This document shows positions 40,833 through 57,790 of a stretch of DNA of 64,000 nt, piece after piece; within the stretch, counting starts at the first letter, position 1; each line of letters begins with the position of its first letter. The notes beneath the pieces were generated by a model. The model did not search any database and had not been told where the DNA came from. It saw only the letters and a list, made by a program, of their open reading frames with translations. The stretch is from the human T2T-CHM13v2.0 reference genome, Homo sapiens, in assembly GCF_009914755.1 (NCBI RefSeq), contig NC_060932.1. The stretch is one strand, 5' to 3'. Both the position numbers and the translations under genes were made by a program.

Positions 40833-42865
40833 TAGCCAGACAGCCTCCTTGTTGGCACAGCAGAGATGGGTCCCTCGCTGTTGGGGGCACTGTGGGCTGC
40901 TTTCTGGTGTGTCTGTTTCATCATGGAGATGTCTCTCTTGCTTAATTGTAGTTATAACAAAATGTATACTTATCAAACACTCTTTCAGGCTTTGAACTGA
41001 TTTCATAGGACTTTGCAGGGCAGAGTTCCAAATTTAAGCTTTTAAAATGCATTTGACTGATTGCATGACTTCCCTTCAGTCTGTAATGATTAATTACATA
41101 AAGATGACTCTCGGGATGGAGGCTCCTGTACATTGCAGGACAGTCCAGCCAGAGAAAGAACTAGGGAGCTCCGAGAGCCCTTTCTAGGCCAAGAAGAAAG
41201 TTTACTACACTGGATTTTAGGGGCTATGTCTTCTGTATCTTACAGAAGCAGTGTTAAACGAATAAGCCAACTGAGACAGCCAGTTCTCAGATTTTATTTC
41301 AGACATGAGGTTCATGTGTATTTCTTATCTGATAGAGAAGTTTGTCTTAGATTTGCTCTCTCTCTCCTTTGCATGACTCAGCTGGCTGGAAAGATTCTGC
41401 AGTCTTCAGGGCTGGTGCCCTTCACCGATGCAGCTTCACAGCTTTTCCATTTCGGGTCACCCTTACATTGTGGTCCTTTCCCCGGCCCTGGACTGGCCAC
41501 CACTGGACAGCAGGATGGGGGCCTGGGGTGAGCACCTGTCAGTGTGGGCATGGCTGGGTGAACACAAGGGACCCTTGTGTCCTGCTTAGCTATTGTCTGT
41601 GACCTACCCTGGGGATCAGAGCTTCAAGGTTCTCAGAAACCTTCTTAATATTACATTCCCCAGGCATCTTATGACAATTCTATGCACATAGGGAGTGTGC
41701 CAACATTTTATTGTGAAAGATATCTGGAAGACAGAGGGAGAGAGAGAGACAGGGAGAGTCAAACGTGGAGTTTCCAACTTGAAGACACTTTTATTTCTGA
41801 GAATACTGGGAAAGCCTTTTCAGGGACAGAGTGACAGGAAGAGCAGGGAATTTATAGTAACCAGGTAATGCTATTGCACATAATAAGTAGAACTTTAGAA
41901 GATGCTGGGGGTTAAGTATCATTTTACCCATCTCACTTGAGAGCTGAACACGCATTCTGTATAAAGATAAGCCTGGTCATGTTTTGGATGGTTGTGTTGT
42001 CCACATTCTTTTCTTTAGAAGGCCAGAATGAAGTTGGCTTATGTGGACTCTAAGACTCTAAGTTTCTTCCCAGTATGTTAGGGAGTGTCCGTGAAGCGTT
42101 TGCCAATTTAAGAAACATATTTGATTGTATTCTGTAATGCATCTGCCGGCACTCATATCTGCCTTCCACATACTTCATTCAGTCTTTTCGCTTTGATTTT
42201 CCTTTTGCTGCATTTAGGCTGTTTGGATAATTGCTTCTCTGAGGTTTTTCAGGGTTGTAATTCTAAGAGTTTAAAGAGATTTAGGAGTTGGCGCCATTTG
42301 GGGTCCTGAATTCATGCTGTTGGCTGAAGCTGATTCCAGAGAAGCATCCTAACGCCTTTCTACAAATGGTTGTAACCGAATGTGAAATAATTAACTGGGA
42401 AACACTGAAAGAAAACTTGTGATCTGTTAATAAATTAATAAAATCACACAATCCAGTCATGCTTTCTCACTAAAAGGAGTTCTTCATGCTACTTACACTT
42501 TTTATGTTGAAAACAGTTAATTGTTGATACTCGACTGCTTTTGACCTACAGAACTAGCAACTTCATATGGTTCAACCGATGCGTGTCAGGCCTTAATGTT
42601 TGGTGGTGCCAATTGCTTGAACTGGACTCTCCTGAGTCCTCAAAATCAGGAGAGGAATATCGAGAGGGTACTTTAAAAAATTCCTAAATAATTCTGCATG
42701 TCCTATTCATCAAACTCTCCAGCAGAGAAAAATCACAACCCCTTTACAACCAAAACTGAATTCTATAATCTGAACGTTGGAGAGGGAAGGGTGGTAGACT
42801 CCGCTGACACGAAATAACCTTACTGAAAAACGCACAAATATCCTCTCTTTTTGTCCTATAAACAG

Positions 42866-46050
<3,185 letters not shown>

Positions 46051-48298
46051 GAAGCACGCAGAGAGGGTCACGCCTTTTATTTTTGGCTTGAGATTTAAAA
46101 TTATAACTGATAAGTAAAGCTCTTTCTGATTTAGTTGAAAATTTCGTACCATGTGCTCGCTTTGGTTGGCTCAACTCCAAAAAGAGTAATTTAATAAGCA
46201 TTAAAGGTAAAATCTTTGATTACCAGTAAGGTTTCTTGTTCAATATGCATTGGAAGTATTTCCTTCCCCACACCATTGCTACTCAAACTCACATGCCTAG
46301 AGCAGCTCCGTCTCACTGTTGGACCGAGGGGGCTTTCATATTTTCAGTTGAAAGGATGTTAACTGATGTAGCGATGATTTACCATTATTTAAATTTTAAG
46401 TCTTCAGTGGCTAAATGTGACCAAACAGCACATCATAAGTAGGAAAAACTTACCAGGGTGCTTGTCTATCTAAAAAGCAATCTTTGATAGTCCACTCTGT
46501 ATGCCCAGCCGCTTTCATAATCTGGAACGAGATAAAATATTCCTAAAAAGCGGGGAAAATCATTTTGCTTTGACAGTTCTATAAAAAAAAGTGTAGGCAC
46601 ATTTTAAACCCACTGTATATGATGTTTTCAATGTGGATCGTGTAGTTCTGATGAGGGAGATTAATTTTTACAATCAGTATTCTAAGTGTGGCCGAGTGAC
46701 AGTGGGCATAGATTTATAACAAGGAAGTGACGTGCTTATCACCATAGATTTGCAAGTAAACTGCATGTATTTAATTGTATTGAATTGAGTTCCAAAATAC
46801 CCTAATAGAATTAACACGAGGCTCACTGCATTGACAGGGTATGAGGATTAAAAACAAATCAGTTGGGTCGTTTCTCATTTAACATTTTACTTTTCAAGTG
46901 TGTATACAGAGGACTTACTATTATGACTTTGAGGATGAGATCCATGCTCACAAATAGAGGCGAACATTTGAACTCCGAATCCAACCCATTTTCTTACTGT
47001 AAGAGGAAAAGTTACTGGAACGTAACTAGTTGAAATCCTGCCTACTTTAATATTATTTGTTTGTTAATCCAGTAATGGGAACTGCCATCTCTGTAGAAAT
47101 CAGTGGGTAATTGAAAAATAGGTTATGCTTTTTAAAGAGTCTGTGGTTATGAGAGGTCTCAGTTAAGTGTGTTTAGAAGTGATCAGCTTGAACCTTATGC
47201 ATGACTCGGGGGCTGGAATTTATGATCTGGGTTACGGTATGTTCTGGGGACGTGTCTGCTTGCCCATGGTTACTCATGAACTGAGGGGATAGCTTGGCAA
47301 CTTGGTTAATCATCTTGGGAAAGAAAAACAGACTTCATATCGCCTGACTTGATTGGCCTTTTATAGGAGTATACTGGAGAAATGGTTGTAGAAACAGTAT
47401 TTACAGCAAAAGGAAACAAATAATGTTCATTTTAAGCAATGTACCATTCACACTGTCCTGCCTTTTCCTCTAGAATTTTATTAATGGTAGAAATTTTTAT
47501 ATGAAATGGGACCAGGACCAGGCTAATATTTTCAGTCCTTAAATATCAAACTCATATGCTGTTATCACTGTGATTTTACTTGTGAAATCATTCCTGTAAT
47601 GTTTAGTGTTTGAAAATGAAATATTGAAATTAGGTTTCCAGAGTAACACTGTCCCCGGAAAAGGATATGAGAAGTGGTGGATGTTGGATGGGGGTGGTTG
47701 CACAGTCCTGTGCGGTTCCCATGGCTTTCCAGCGTTTCATTTAGTGAAGGAATGCTCACACTAGATGTAGCACAGCTTCCTGTGGGGCCCGGCAGCAAAG
47801 CCCCAGGTGCTCCCTGTCACCTCACAACAAAATGCACTAAGAAACGTAAAGAATAAGAGGAATTAATACCCACCATTAAAGGATGTCCGGCCAACCTATT
47901 GTGGAAATTTATAGAATAGTATACACCACAGTTCTGAATAGTGATATCACATAAAAATACATACTAGAGGACCTGCCAAGCCATGAGCAGTGTTTTTGCT
48001 TTTTGGGGGCCAGTCCCTGGGGTGTGGAGCCGCTAGGGTTTGCACCCATGAAACAGAAAAGCCACACCCTCCAAGGTGTGGCTTTCATTTTGGGACTGCT
48101 GCAGGGAGGGCAGAGGCATTGCTGAGACTGCCTGGCAACGGCTGATGCCCCAGGTAGGACCTTTTCCATTTCAAAGTGGTGTTCTAAGTCTGCGTCCAAC
48201 ACTGTGTAGGAAAAAGGTTGGTGCAAAAATATTCCTGGTCATCCACCCATTAAAATAGTTAGATGAGGCTATTGCCTTGATGACAGCTGTCCACACTC

Positions 48299-48386
48299 CT
48301 CATGAAATTAACCCGTATGCCGGGGCATTTCCAAATGTCTGACTCGTGAAATTAACCCATACGCAGGGGCCTTTCCAAATGTCTGA
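48299..48386. repeat. 44-bp tandem duplication in the 3' UTR
   Basis: ctc(a/g)tgaaattaaccc...tttccaaatgtctga twice. Confidence 0.9.
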
Positions 48387-49486
48387 AAAGGCAGTGGTGT
48401 CTTTTGGGGAAAATGTTATGCATGGAAGCCTGACCTTTTGCTTAGTTGACAGCAATCCCTTCTGTATTGCCAATCAAGGTTCATTTGAGATGCAGAGGAA
48501 TGAGCTTGAGCCTTCCTCCTTTTCCTTCCGGTTTTATTCTTCCTCTTGGGAACATCCCTCCACTCCGCACTGCTTCCTGCAGCTTTGTAGAGCTGGATTT
48601 GGAACTTCGGGATTTGGTTTCTGAGTCTGTGGAGGCACCGACTTCTCCTGTAAGAAAATGAATGTTGTGGAAATTCTTTGGCTACTTAACTAAAACTCGT
48701 GACTGTATAAGTTTGGCTACAAATAAGTAAGAAATTAATCATCTGCTCTGTTTCTGCTAATTTCTGGTGTCACTTCAGTAATTCTGGTAGCAGCCGTTGA
48801 ATCTGTCAGTCTCTTAGGTAACTTCCTGTAAACGATTTGGAAATAGGATGTTTTCAACGTTCTTTTGTCTTTTGCTGAAGTCAGGATAGATTCAAGACAT
48901 AATCTCTTGTAAGATCTAAATAGAGCAAATGTAAACAAAAGTGCATTTTTGTATTCTTGTTAATTTTAGATGCTTTCCTAGCTTACAAAAAGTTCTATTT
49001 TTGGGTTAAAAATCAATCAACTTTCTGATATTTCCCCTTCTGCAATGTTATTGTTCATAAGAAAACACGAGCTGAAAATGGAAATCTGCAGTTGTTTCAG
49101 TTGTCTTGAATTTCTTTCAGTGGCCACATCATTTCCACGTTTTCCACATCCGGGAGGAAGCCTGGACTGTGCAGCCTTCGGGCACCCGGCACAGACACTG
49201 TGCTGGCAGGAGCTTCAGACACGCCAAGTGGATGGATTTGGATTGAACGCATATGAAACAGGAGACGGGTTCTCATGTGAGATCAAAGCTCCTCCAAAGC
49301 CTGTTCAAGCTCTAAGCGATTCTCAAATGTTACCATTTATTAAAGGTAAACTACACCTGTTGAAGGCCAAGTTCAGGGCAGCTGTTGTGATCTGTGTAGT
49401 TAATGTATTTATTAATGCTTGACTTTTAAAATCCTGGGCATAAATAGTGCAGAGCCTCGTATGTTTGTCAGTTCATGCCGAGATGA

Positions 49487-49492
49487 AATAAA
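49487..49492 (+). promoter_or_regulatory. KBTBD11 polyadenylation signal
   Basis: AATAAA with downstream U-rich element. Confidence 0.7.
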
Positions 49493-50515
49493 TCACGCAG
49501 AAAGTGCCAGTCCTCCTGATGTGCCCCGAGTGCTTTTCTCTTTCTCCACAGCGAGCGTCAGATGCGGCTTTTTCTCCTGTGAATCAGGGAGCGTAGCTCT
49601 GCCTGCGGGACCCAGGGTTGACACGTCCTGCCCGTTAAAGTGAGGAACTGCCCTCACCGGCTCCTGAAGCTCCCCTGGCACAGAGGTTCTAAGTTGGGGT
49701 GTCTGTTCCCACTCCCAGGTGCCCTGGATTCCTCGGTCTGCTCACGGGTCCCAGCGGGGGATCACGGCACACCACCTAGGACCTCGGGAACACCAGGATG
49801 GGCCGCACAGGAGCAGGTGGAAGCCGAGGCCAGCGCCTAGACTTTGGTTCCTAGGGAAGGCAGGTTGGGGGAGCTGCTTCGCTGCACTGGTTTGTGTCCT
49901 TCCAGTGGGCTTTGTGCTATCACGGTGGTCTCCAGTTGCCTGGTACCGGGCCCAGGGGTGATACAGGGCAGGGCTTGTGTGTGAGAGTAGCTGAGGAGGG
50001 GTTGGGGGTGTGGACTCCGGCCAGTTGGTCTGGCCATGAGCTCCCAGCCAAGCCCTTCCCATCTCTAAGAATGAGCTGACTCAGGAGGACAGCCTGTCCC
50101 TGGCCAGGCCAGCAAGCTGTAAGATGCCAAAACATCACAAAGCACAGAAAATGAAAGAGGTGGTCAGTAGGACCGTCAGGCACAGTCCCCTGCCCCTGGA
50201 GTGGGTCGGGAGGTACCAGGGTGGGCAGGGAAGAGCATTAGGGCCATCCCACGTCTTCCCCGGTGTCCTGTCCCCTTCCACCAGCAGCACCTCCTCCATG
50301 AAATTTCCCAGTTGCAGTGGGGCTTGGGGGAACTAATGTAGAACATGTCCTCCCGCCCACCCCCCAGGTAAGAACGAACTGAGAAACGGCTCAGCAGCCA
50401 GGCAGGTGGGACTCACAGCCACTGCTTCACCCGCAGGGGCTGTGCCAGAGAGTGGTGCTGGGTTTGTTGCCACGTGGGCTTGTGAAGGCCACCGGAGTCA
50501 GTGCACACATCCTAC

Positions 50516-50922
50516 CACCCCAGGGGGTCATATGCACTCAGCCCCCACCCCAGGGTGTCAGATACACTCAGCCCCACCCCAGGGTGTCACTTGCACTCAG
50601 CCGCACCCCAGGGGGTCATATGCACTCAGCCCCTACCCCAGGATGTCAGATGCACTCAGCCCCCACCCCAGGGTGTCAGATGCACTCAGGCCCATCCCAG
50701 GGTATCAGTTGCACTCAGCCCCCACCCCAGGGTGTCAGATGCACTCACCCCCCCACCCCAGGGTGTCAGATGCACTCAGCCCCAACCCCAGGGGGTCAGA
50801 TGCACTCAGCCCCCACCCCAGGGTATCAGATGCACTCAGCCCCCACCCAAGGGTGTCAGATGCACTCAGCCCCAATCCCAGGGGGTCAGATGCACTCAGC
50901 CCCCCACCCCCTACAGGGTATC
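50516..50922. repeat. ~30-bp VNTR, ~13 copies
   Basis: Unit cccaccccagggtgtcagatgcactcagcc. Confidence 0.95.
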
Positions 50923-51782
50923 AGGGCACCAGGACTCCTGGAGGATGCAGCTCCCAGAACTCCCTGTGAGTGAGCACAGAGCCCTGCTCCTGGGGGGCAG
51001 GTCCCATGGGAGAGCCCAGATGTGAGGGAAGGGCTGCTCCCCACACTCCTCCCCTGGGGAGAAGGGGCTGAGGTAGGAGCTGCAGAGAGGCCAGGACCAG
51101 GAGCCTCAGAAATTTCCTCCCAATGGAAACAGGCCTGGAGCCACGTTCCCCGGGGATGCACCTGTCCTCTCGTGGCCACTCCATGTCCTGGGGGAGCACA
51201 GGGGTAGGTGCCTTTGCATGTTTCTGAGCCGTTGGAGCTTAGAGATCACTCTCTGCCCTCAGACTGGGCTGAGGTCGGATTAGAATGTTAAATACCAGGC
51301 AGGGCCTCGTATTTAACCACTGGGGTCTTCAGGACCCCGTGGCCTCCAGCGTCTCCAGTGCCGACCCCAAGGCCCAAGTGTGGGCCTCGAACCCAGCTCG
51401 ACACAGGAGGGGTGGCCTCGAGCCCCGCACCCGCAATGGAAAAGGACACGGGCCTCACAGGCTCCTGGGGTCTTCACTGAGACAGCTGAGGAAGAAAACG
51501 GTCTGGAGCCGATGAAAGGCGTGGCCAGGATGAGGGAGGAAGACGCTCCTTCCCGTCCCGTGTGCTTGAGGCGTGGGCCGCGTGAACGCTGTGGTGAGAC
51601 CTGGTGCTCCTGCATGTCGCCACCACCCTGCCCTCAGAGCAGATAAGGCCATGGCCGTGACGACACCCAGCCATCGGGCCACCTGGGCTTCTTTCTTCCT
51701 CTGATCCGAAGACACCCTCCTCCACCCTCACCTGGCCTCCTACCAAGGAAAAGTTTGAGTTGAAAACCTGTAGACACAAACA

Positions 51783-52112
51783 TTTTTCTTTTTTCTTTTT
51801 CGTGTGCTTCTTTTTTTTGTGATGGGGTCTCCCTCTGTTTCTCCCTCTGTCGCCCAGGCTGGAGGGCAGTGGTGCACTCTCAGCTCACTGCAGCCTCCAA
51901 CTCCTGGGCTCAAGTGATCCTCCCGCCTCAGCCTCCTGAGTAGCTGGGACCACAGGTGCATGCCACCATGGTCAACTAATGTTTTTAGTTCTGGTAGCGA
52001 TGGGGTCTCACTGTGTTGCCCAGGCTTGTGTCAGACTCCTGGCCCTAAGCTGTCTTCCTGCCTCAGCCTCCCAAAGTACTGGGATTAAGGTGTGAGCCAC
52101 TGCAGCAGGCCC
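51783..52112 (-). mobile_element. AluJ
   Basis: Reverse Alu consensus. Confidence 0.88.
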
Positions 52113-52217
52113 AAACGTTTCTAGACACAATTTGTACTTGAGCCAGAACCAAGTGTTATTGTTCATTTGTCAGGGGTCTTGAAAAAATTATTTTTCCTCT
52201 TAAAATCTTTATTTTTC

Positions 52218-52444
52218 ATGCACTCAGCCCCAACCCCAGGGGGTCAGATGCACTCAGCCCCCACCCCAGGGTGTCAGATGCACTCAGCCCCACCTCAGGG
52301 TATCAGCTGCACTCAGCCCCAACCCCAGGGGGTCAGATGCACTCAGCCCCCCACCCCAGGGGGTCAGATGCACTCAGCCCCCACCCCCCACAGGGTATCA
52401 GGGCACCAGGACTCCTAGAGGATGCAGCTCCCAGAGCTGCATCC
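52218..52444. repeat. Displaced copy of the 30-bp VNTR (~6 units) plus its unique 3' flank
   Basis: Same unit and the same cagggtatcagggcaccaggactcct.gaggatgcagctcccaga flank as 50913-50958. Confidence 0.95.
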
Positions 52445-52851
52445 CAAAAAAAGGAATGTTGCTAAAAGTATATTCGTAAGCAGAGTGGAGACAGAAGCTC
52501 TCCAACCTGAAGTTGTTATCTTAGTTTTTCTCATAGCATTTTCTTCTGTGGAAATAGAATTCTGTTTGAACTCTTCTATGGCGTCACCATTTTCCCCTGC
52601 TGAGCTTTAGGATTTTTATAATAAATGAGAATGGTTTTCTTAGCTGAGTATTTTGAATATTTTAAACCTGATATAACACCAGGAAACACGTGGGCCTTTT
52701 AGACTGAGGCAATGAATCTTATAAATTGAGGCAAAAGAAAGAAGTGAGAACAATTTGCAGAAGTCTAATATTCTTGCTCAGTGAGAAAGGGGGACTTTTC
52801 ACCTCTTCAGACAAATGAAATTAAAGCTATTCGTCTCCCCCCAACCCCCAA

Positions 52852-53138
52852 TTTTTTTTTAGACAGGGTCTCACTCTGTCACCCAGGCTGGAGTGCACTG
52901 GTGCAGTCTTGGCTCACTACAACCTCCGCCTCCTGGGTTCAAGCTATTCTCTGCCTCAGCCTCCCGAGTAGTTCAGATTACAGGCGCACACCATCGTGCC
53001 CGGGTAATTTTTGTATTTTTGGTAGAGATGGCATTTCACCACGTTGGCCAGGCTGCTCTGGAACTCCTGACCTCGAGTGATCCGCCTGCCTTGGCCTCCC
53101 AAAGTACCAGAATTATAGGCATGAGCCCGCGCCCAGCG
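52852..53138 (-). mobile_element. AluS
   Basis: Reverse Alu consensus. Confidence 0.88.
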
Positions 53139-53435
53139 CAATTAAACCTATTTGTGCACAGAAGAGCTGACTGTGCTCAGTTCCTCGGAGGTCTTGAAGG
53201 AGGCGTGTTAAGGCCCTCCCTTCAGAGCCCATCTTGCTGGCATCACCGTGTACCATGCCACGCTAGGGTCTTGACACAGTGATGCGGCCCTGCTGCTGGT
53301 GGGCCACGCTGTGTGGCAAACACCTTAGAATGTGTTCTCACGCCCTAAAGATGCGTCCAAACGCTTCAGCAGCAGAAACTGAACAGTTGAATGCACACAG
53401 CTGCGGGCTGATGAATTCATCATCCAGGCCTGCTC

Positions 53436-53549
53436 CCTGAGAGCTCCGGAGGGCGGGAATGGGTCGTGGAGCCTGGGTCGTCAATCCCCACACCTGAGAG
53501 CTCTGGAGGGCGGGAATGGGTCGTGGAGCCTCGGTCATCAATCCCCACA
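53436..53549. repeat. 57-bp tandem duplication
   Basis: cctgagagctc.ggagggcgggaatgggtcgtggagcct.ggtc.tcaatccccaca twice. Confidence 0.92.
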
Positions 53550-54264
53550 GCACGCTCCTCACTAATGGTTGTGACTCAGTAGGTAAAACGCTGGCGGTCG
53601 CTCACAGTTCATTATTGCAGCTCTGTTTTCTGCTGTCTGTATAGTCTGGGACACGCCACTAAGCCTCATCAACGTTCTTAGTTTCATGTTCCTAAAATCT
53701 GAATCAGAGCAGTCCCCAGAGTGCTAATGAGACGGCTGTGTGGAGATAGCCATGGCAGAGTCCAGCCTCTGGGCCCGGAAGAGTCACTGCAGCTACTCCT
53801 TAAACACAGGGATTCTGTGTCCTGACATGAGAGATTCTCACGTGCTATATCCCGGATGCAGCCAGAGATGTGCATTTCAACAGGGAATTCAGAGGTGAGT
53901 GCTCGCATTGCCACGCTGTTAAAAACGCTATTGTAGGACCTCCCAGCAGGTGGCTGAATCTAAGCACGTTTAGGATCGCTGTCCGTGTGGAGCTCGCCAG
54001 GTGGTTGGTGTCCTCCCCACACGCTCTCCTGGCAAAGATACTTGTGGCTATTAACTTGGATCACCCCGAAGAGACTGTGGCTTGTCACAAACCCCATGTA
54101 GGATAAAAGAAGGCATTTAGGCATTGAAAACAAACCCTCTTACAGTAAGAGAATCCCAAACAGTTCCCAGGAACTGCAATGTGAACAGCCTGACCAAGCC
54201 ACGGTGGGCTGAGGAAGCAGAGACTCCGTAGCACCTGAGGACCTCAGCCGCCCATCCTGACAGG

Positions 54265-54418
54265 TGCAAGTGCGCACCTGTAATCCCAGCTACTCAGGGG
54301 GCTGAGGCAGGAGAATCGTTTGAACCTGGGGGGTGGAGGTTGCAGTGAGTTGACATTGCACCACTGCCCTCCAGCCTGGGCTACAGAGTGAGACTCTGTC
54401 TCAAAAAAAAAAAAAAAA
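54265..54418 (+). mobile_element. Alu right monomer (5'-truncated)
   Basis: cctgtaatcccagctactc...gagactctgtctc + A tail. Confidence 0.85.
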
Positions 54419-55077
54419 TCTGGCTGAAATCTCCTTCTTGTAACTTTGCCTGTCACAAATTTAGCTTTCTAGTTCAAAATGTACTTGAGGTGAGGTCCCT
54501 GTGTGAATCACTGTGAGAGGATTTATGACTCCGTAAAGTGGGACACCCACGCTTAAGACGCTTACAGAGAGTGACAGAGGCGATGAGCTCATAGTAAAAT
54601 AAAGCGGAGGGGGGTCCAGCCTGCAAGAGCGGCACCGAGTCCTCTAATACTTACTCGCAGCCAGGAGCCCGTAAGGACACAGAGAAGCAAGCCTCTAGCT
54701 GCTGGAACAGATGTCCCCAGCTCCAAGAAGCCACACAAACATCCTGTGTTCTCACGTCATCTTTGTTTGTAATCTAAGTATCGTTCTCACATGCACGACT
54801 GTCATTTCTAGGCTCACAAAGCAGATGATTAAGAGCAGAAATGCGGTGGCCACAGGGACACAGTAGGTTGTCCCGCGACGAGCCAGTGACAGGAGGAGAG
54901 GGAAGGAAAATGGCAGCTGGGGGTCCGGAACGCAGAGCAGTGTTTACTTTCGGCATCCAGTTTTGTGCTTGGTAAAGTCTTAAGGGCGGGAGGTTGATAA
55001 TAGTATTATGATATTAACTGCAGATCATAAAACATCAAATTCTTTTTAGCATTCTTTGATCATGAGCCAAAGAAGAT

Positions 55078-55330
55078 TTTATTTTTCAGACAAGTTTTAG
55101 GCTCACAGCTAAATTTAGAGGAAGGTTCAGAGTTGCCGTAAGTCGCCTGCCCCCACCACATATAGTGTAAACCCCACTGTAAACACCCTTGCCAGAGTGG
55201 GGCGTTTTTACATCAATGAACCTACAGCTCATCACCAGCCAGAGTACACAGTTTACATAAGGGCTCACTCTTGGTGTTGTGAGTTCCATGGGGTTGGACA
55301 AATGTGTAATGACATGGATCGGCTGCATCA
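55078..55330 (-). mobile_element. L1MC1-type 3' end
   Basis: agttttaggctcacagc...gatgaacctaca-like...cactcttggtgttgt...ttggacaaatgtgtaatgacatg. Confidence 0.7.
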
Positions 55331-55477
55331 TTGCCAGAGCTCAATTGTAAGATCATATCATCTGCAAACAATGAGAATTTGACTTTTTGCATTCCATTGT
55401 GGATGTCCTTTATTTCTTTCTCTAGGAAAGGACCTTCAGTAGTATGTTGAATAATAATGGTGAAAGTGGTCATCCTT

Positions 55478-55792
<315 letters not shown>

Positions 55793-56327
55793 TCAGAGAA
55801 AGGCTTTCAGTTTTTCCACATTTAATATGGTACTAACTGTGTGTCTGTCGTCTATGGCTTTTATTGTGTTGAGATATTTTCCATCTATACCCAGTTTTTT
55901 GAGAGTTGTTATCATGAAGAATGTTGAATTTTATCAAATGCTTTTCAAGCATCAATTGAAATGATCAGATGCTTGTTGCCCTTCATTCTGTTGAATGATA
56001 TATCACATTGATTGATTTGCCTATCACAAACCATCCTTGCATCCCTGGGATAAATCCCCTTTAGTCATGTTGAATGTCTTTTTAATATATTATTCAATTT
56101 GGCTTGCTAGTATTTTGTTGAGGATTTTTGCATCAATGTTCATTGGGGATACTGGCCTGTAGTTTCTTTTTTTTGATGTGTCTTTGTCTGATTTTGGTAT
56201 CAGGGCAATACTGGCCTTGTAGAATGAGTTTGGAAATTTTCCCTCCTCCTCTAATTTTTGGAATAGTTTGAGGAAGATTGGTATCAGTTCTTTGTTAAAT
56301 GTTTGGTAACATTCTGCAGTAAAGCCA

Positions 56328-56481
56328 TTTGGGAGGTCGAAGAGGGTGGATCATTTGAAGTCAGGAGTTCGAGAAGAGCCTGGCCAACATGGTGAAACCC
56401 CATTTCTACTAAAGATACAAAACTTAGCCAGGCATGACGGTGGGCAACTGTAATCCCAGCTACTTGGGAGGTTGAGGCAGG
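56328..56481 (+). mobile_element. Tail-less internal Alu fragment related to the Alu at 55478
   Basis: Shares private variants; no A tail or TSD. Confidence 0.85.
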
Positions 56482-57492
56482 GTCCTGGGCTTTTCTTTGC
56501 TGGGACTTTTTATTATGGCTTCACTCTTGTTACTTGTTATTGGTCTGTCGGGTTTTGGATTTCTTCATGATTCAATCTTGGTAAGTTGTATATGTCTAGG
56601 AGTTTGCCCATTTCTTCTAGCTTTTCCAATTTATTGGCCTATAGTTGCTCATAGTAGCCTCTAAAGACCTTTTGAATTTCTGCAGTATTGGTTGAAATGT
56701 CTCCTTTTTCATCTCTGATTTTATTTATTTTGGTCTTCTTTCCTTTTTTCTTAGTCTGGCCAAAGGTTTGTAGATTTTATCTTTGCAAGTAAAAAACTTT
56801 TCATTTTGTTGATGTTTTGCATTGTTTTCTTCATTTCAATTTCGTGTATTTCTGCTCTGATATTTATTCTATTCTTCTTTTAATTTTGCGTTTGGTTTGC
56901 TTTTGCTTTTCTAGTTCTTTAAGAGGCATTGTGAGGTTGTTTATTTGAGGTTTTTCTACTTCGTTGATGTAGGTGCTTATAGCTATACACTTTCCTCTTA
57001 GTACTGCTTTTGCTGTATCCCGTAGGTTTTGGTATGTTTTGTTCCATTATTATTTGTTTCAAGATATTTTTCAGTTTCCTTGTTAATTTTTTCATTGACC
57101 CACTGGTTATTCAGGCAGATATTTAATTTCTATGTGTTTGTATAATTTCCAAAATTCCTGTAGTTATTGATTTCTAGTTTTATTCTATTGTCATCCGAAA
57201 AGTTACTTGATGTAATTTCATTAAAAAAATTTTTTTGAGACTAATTTTGTGGCCTAACATATCGTCTATCCTTAAGAGTGATTCATGTGCTGAAGAGAAG
57301 AATGTGTATTCTGCAGCTCTTGGGTGAAATGTTCTGTAAATAACTATTAGATCCATTTAGCTTATAGTGCAGATTAAGTCCGATGTTTGTTTTTTGATTT
57401 TCTATCTAGATGCTGTCTGATGCTGAAAACGGGGTGCTGAGGTCCCAGCTATTATTGTGTTTGAGTTTCTCTCTCTTTTTTAGCTTGAATAA

Positions 57493-57790
<298 letters not shown>

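Noticed and set aside
50406-51025. Three overlapping ~175-aa ORFs
   Set aside because: Translation of the 30-bp VNTR
52420-52452. Hairpin plus A7 resembling an intrinsic terminator or retro-tail
   Set aside because: Eukaryotic DNA, wrong order for a terminator, no TSD; better explained by fold-back synthesis
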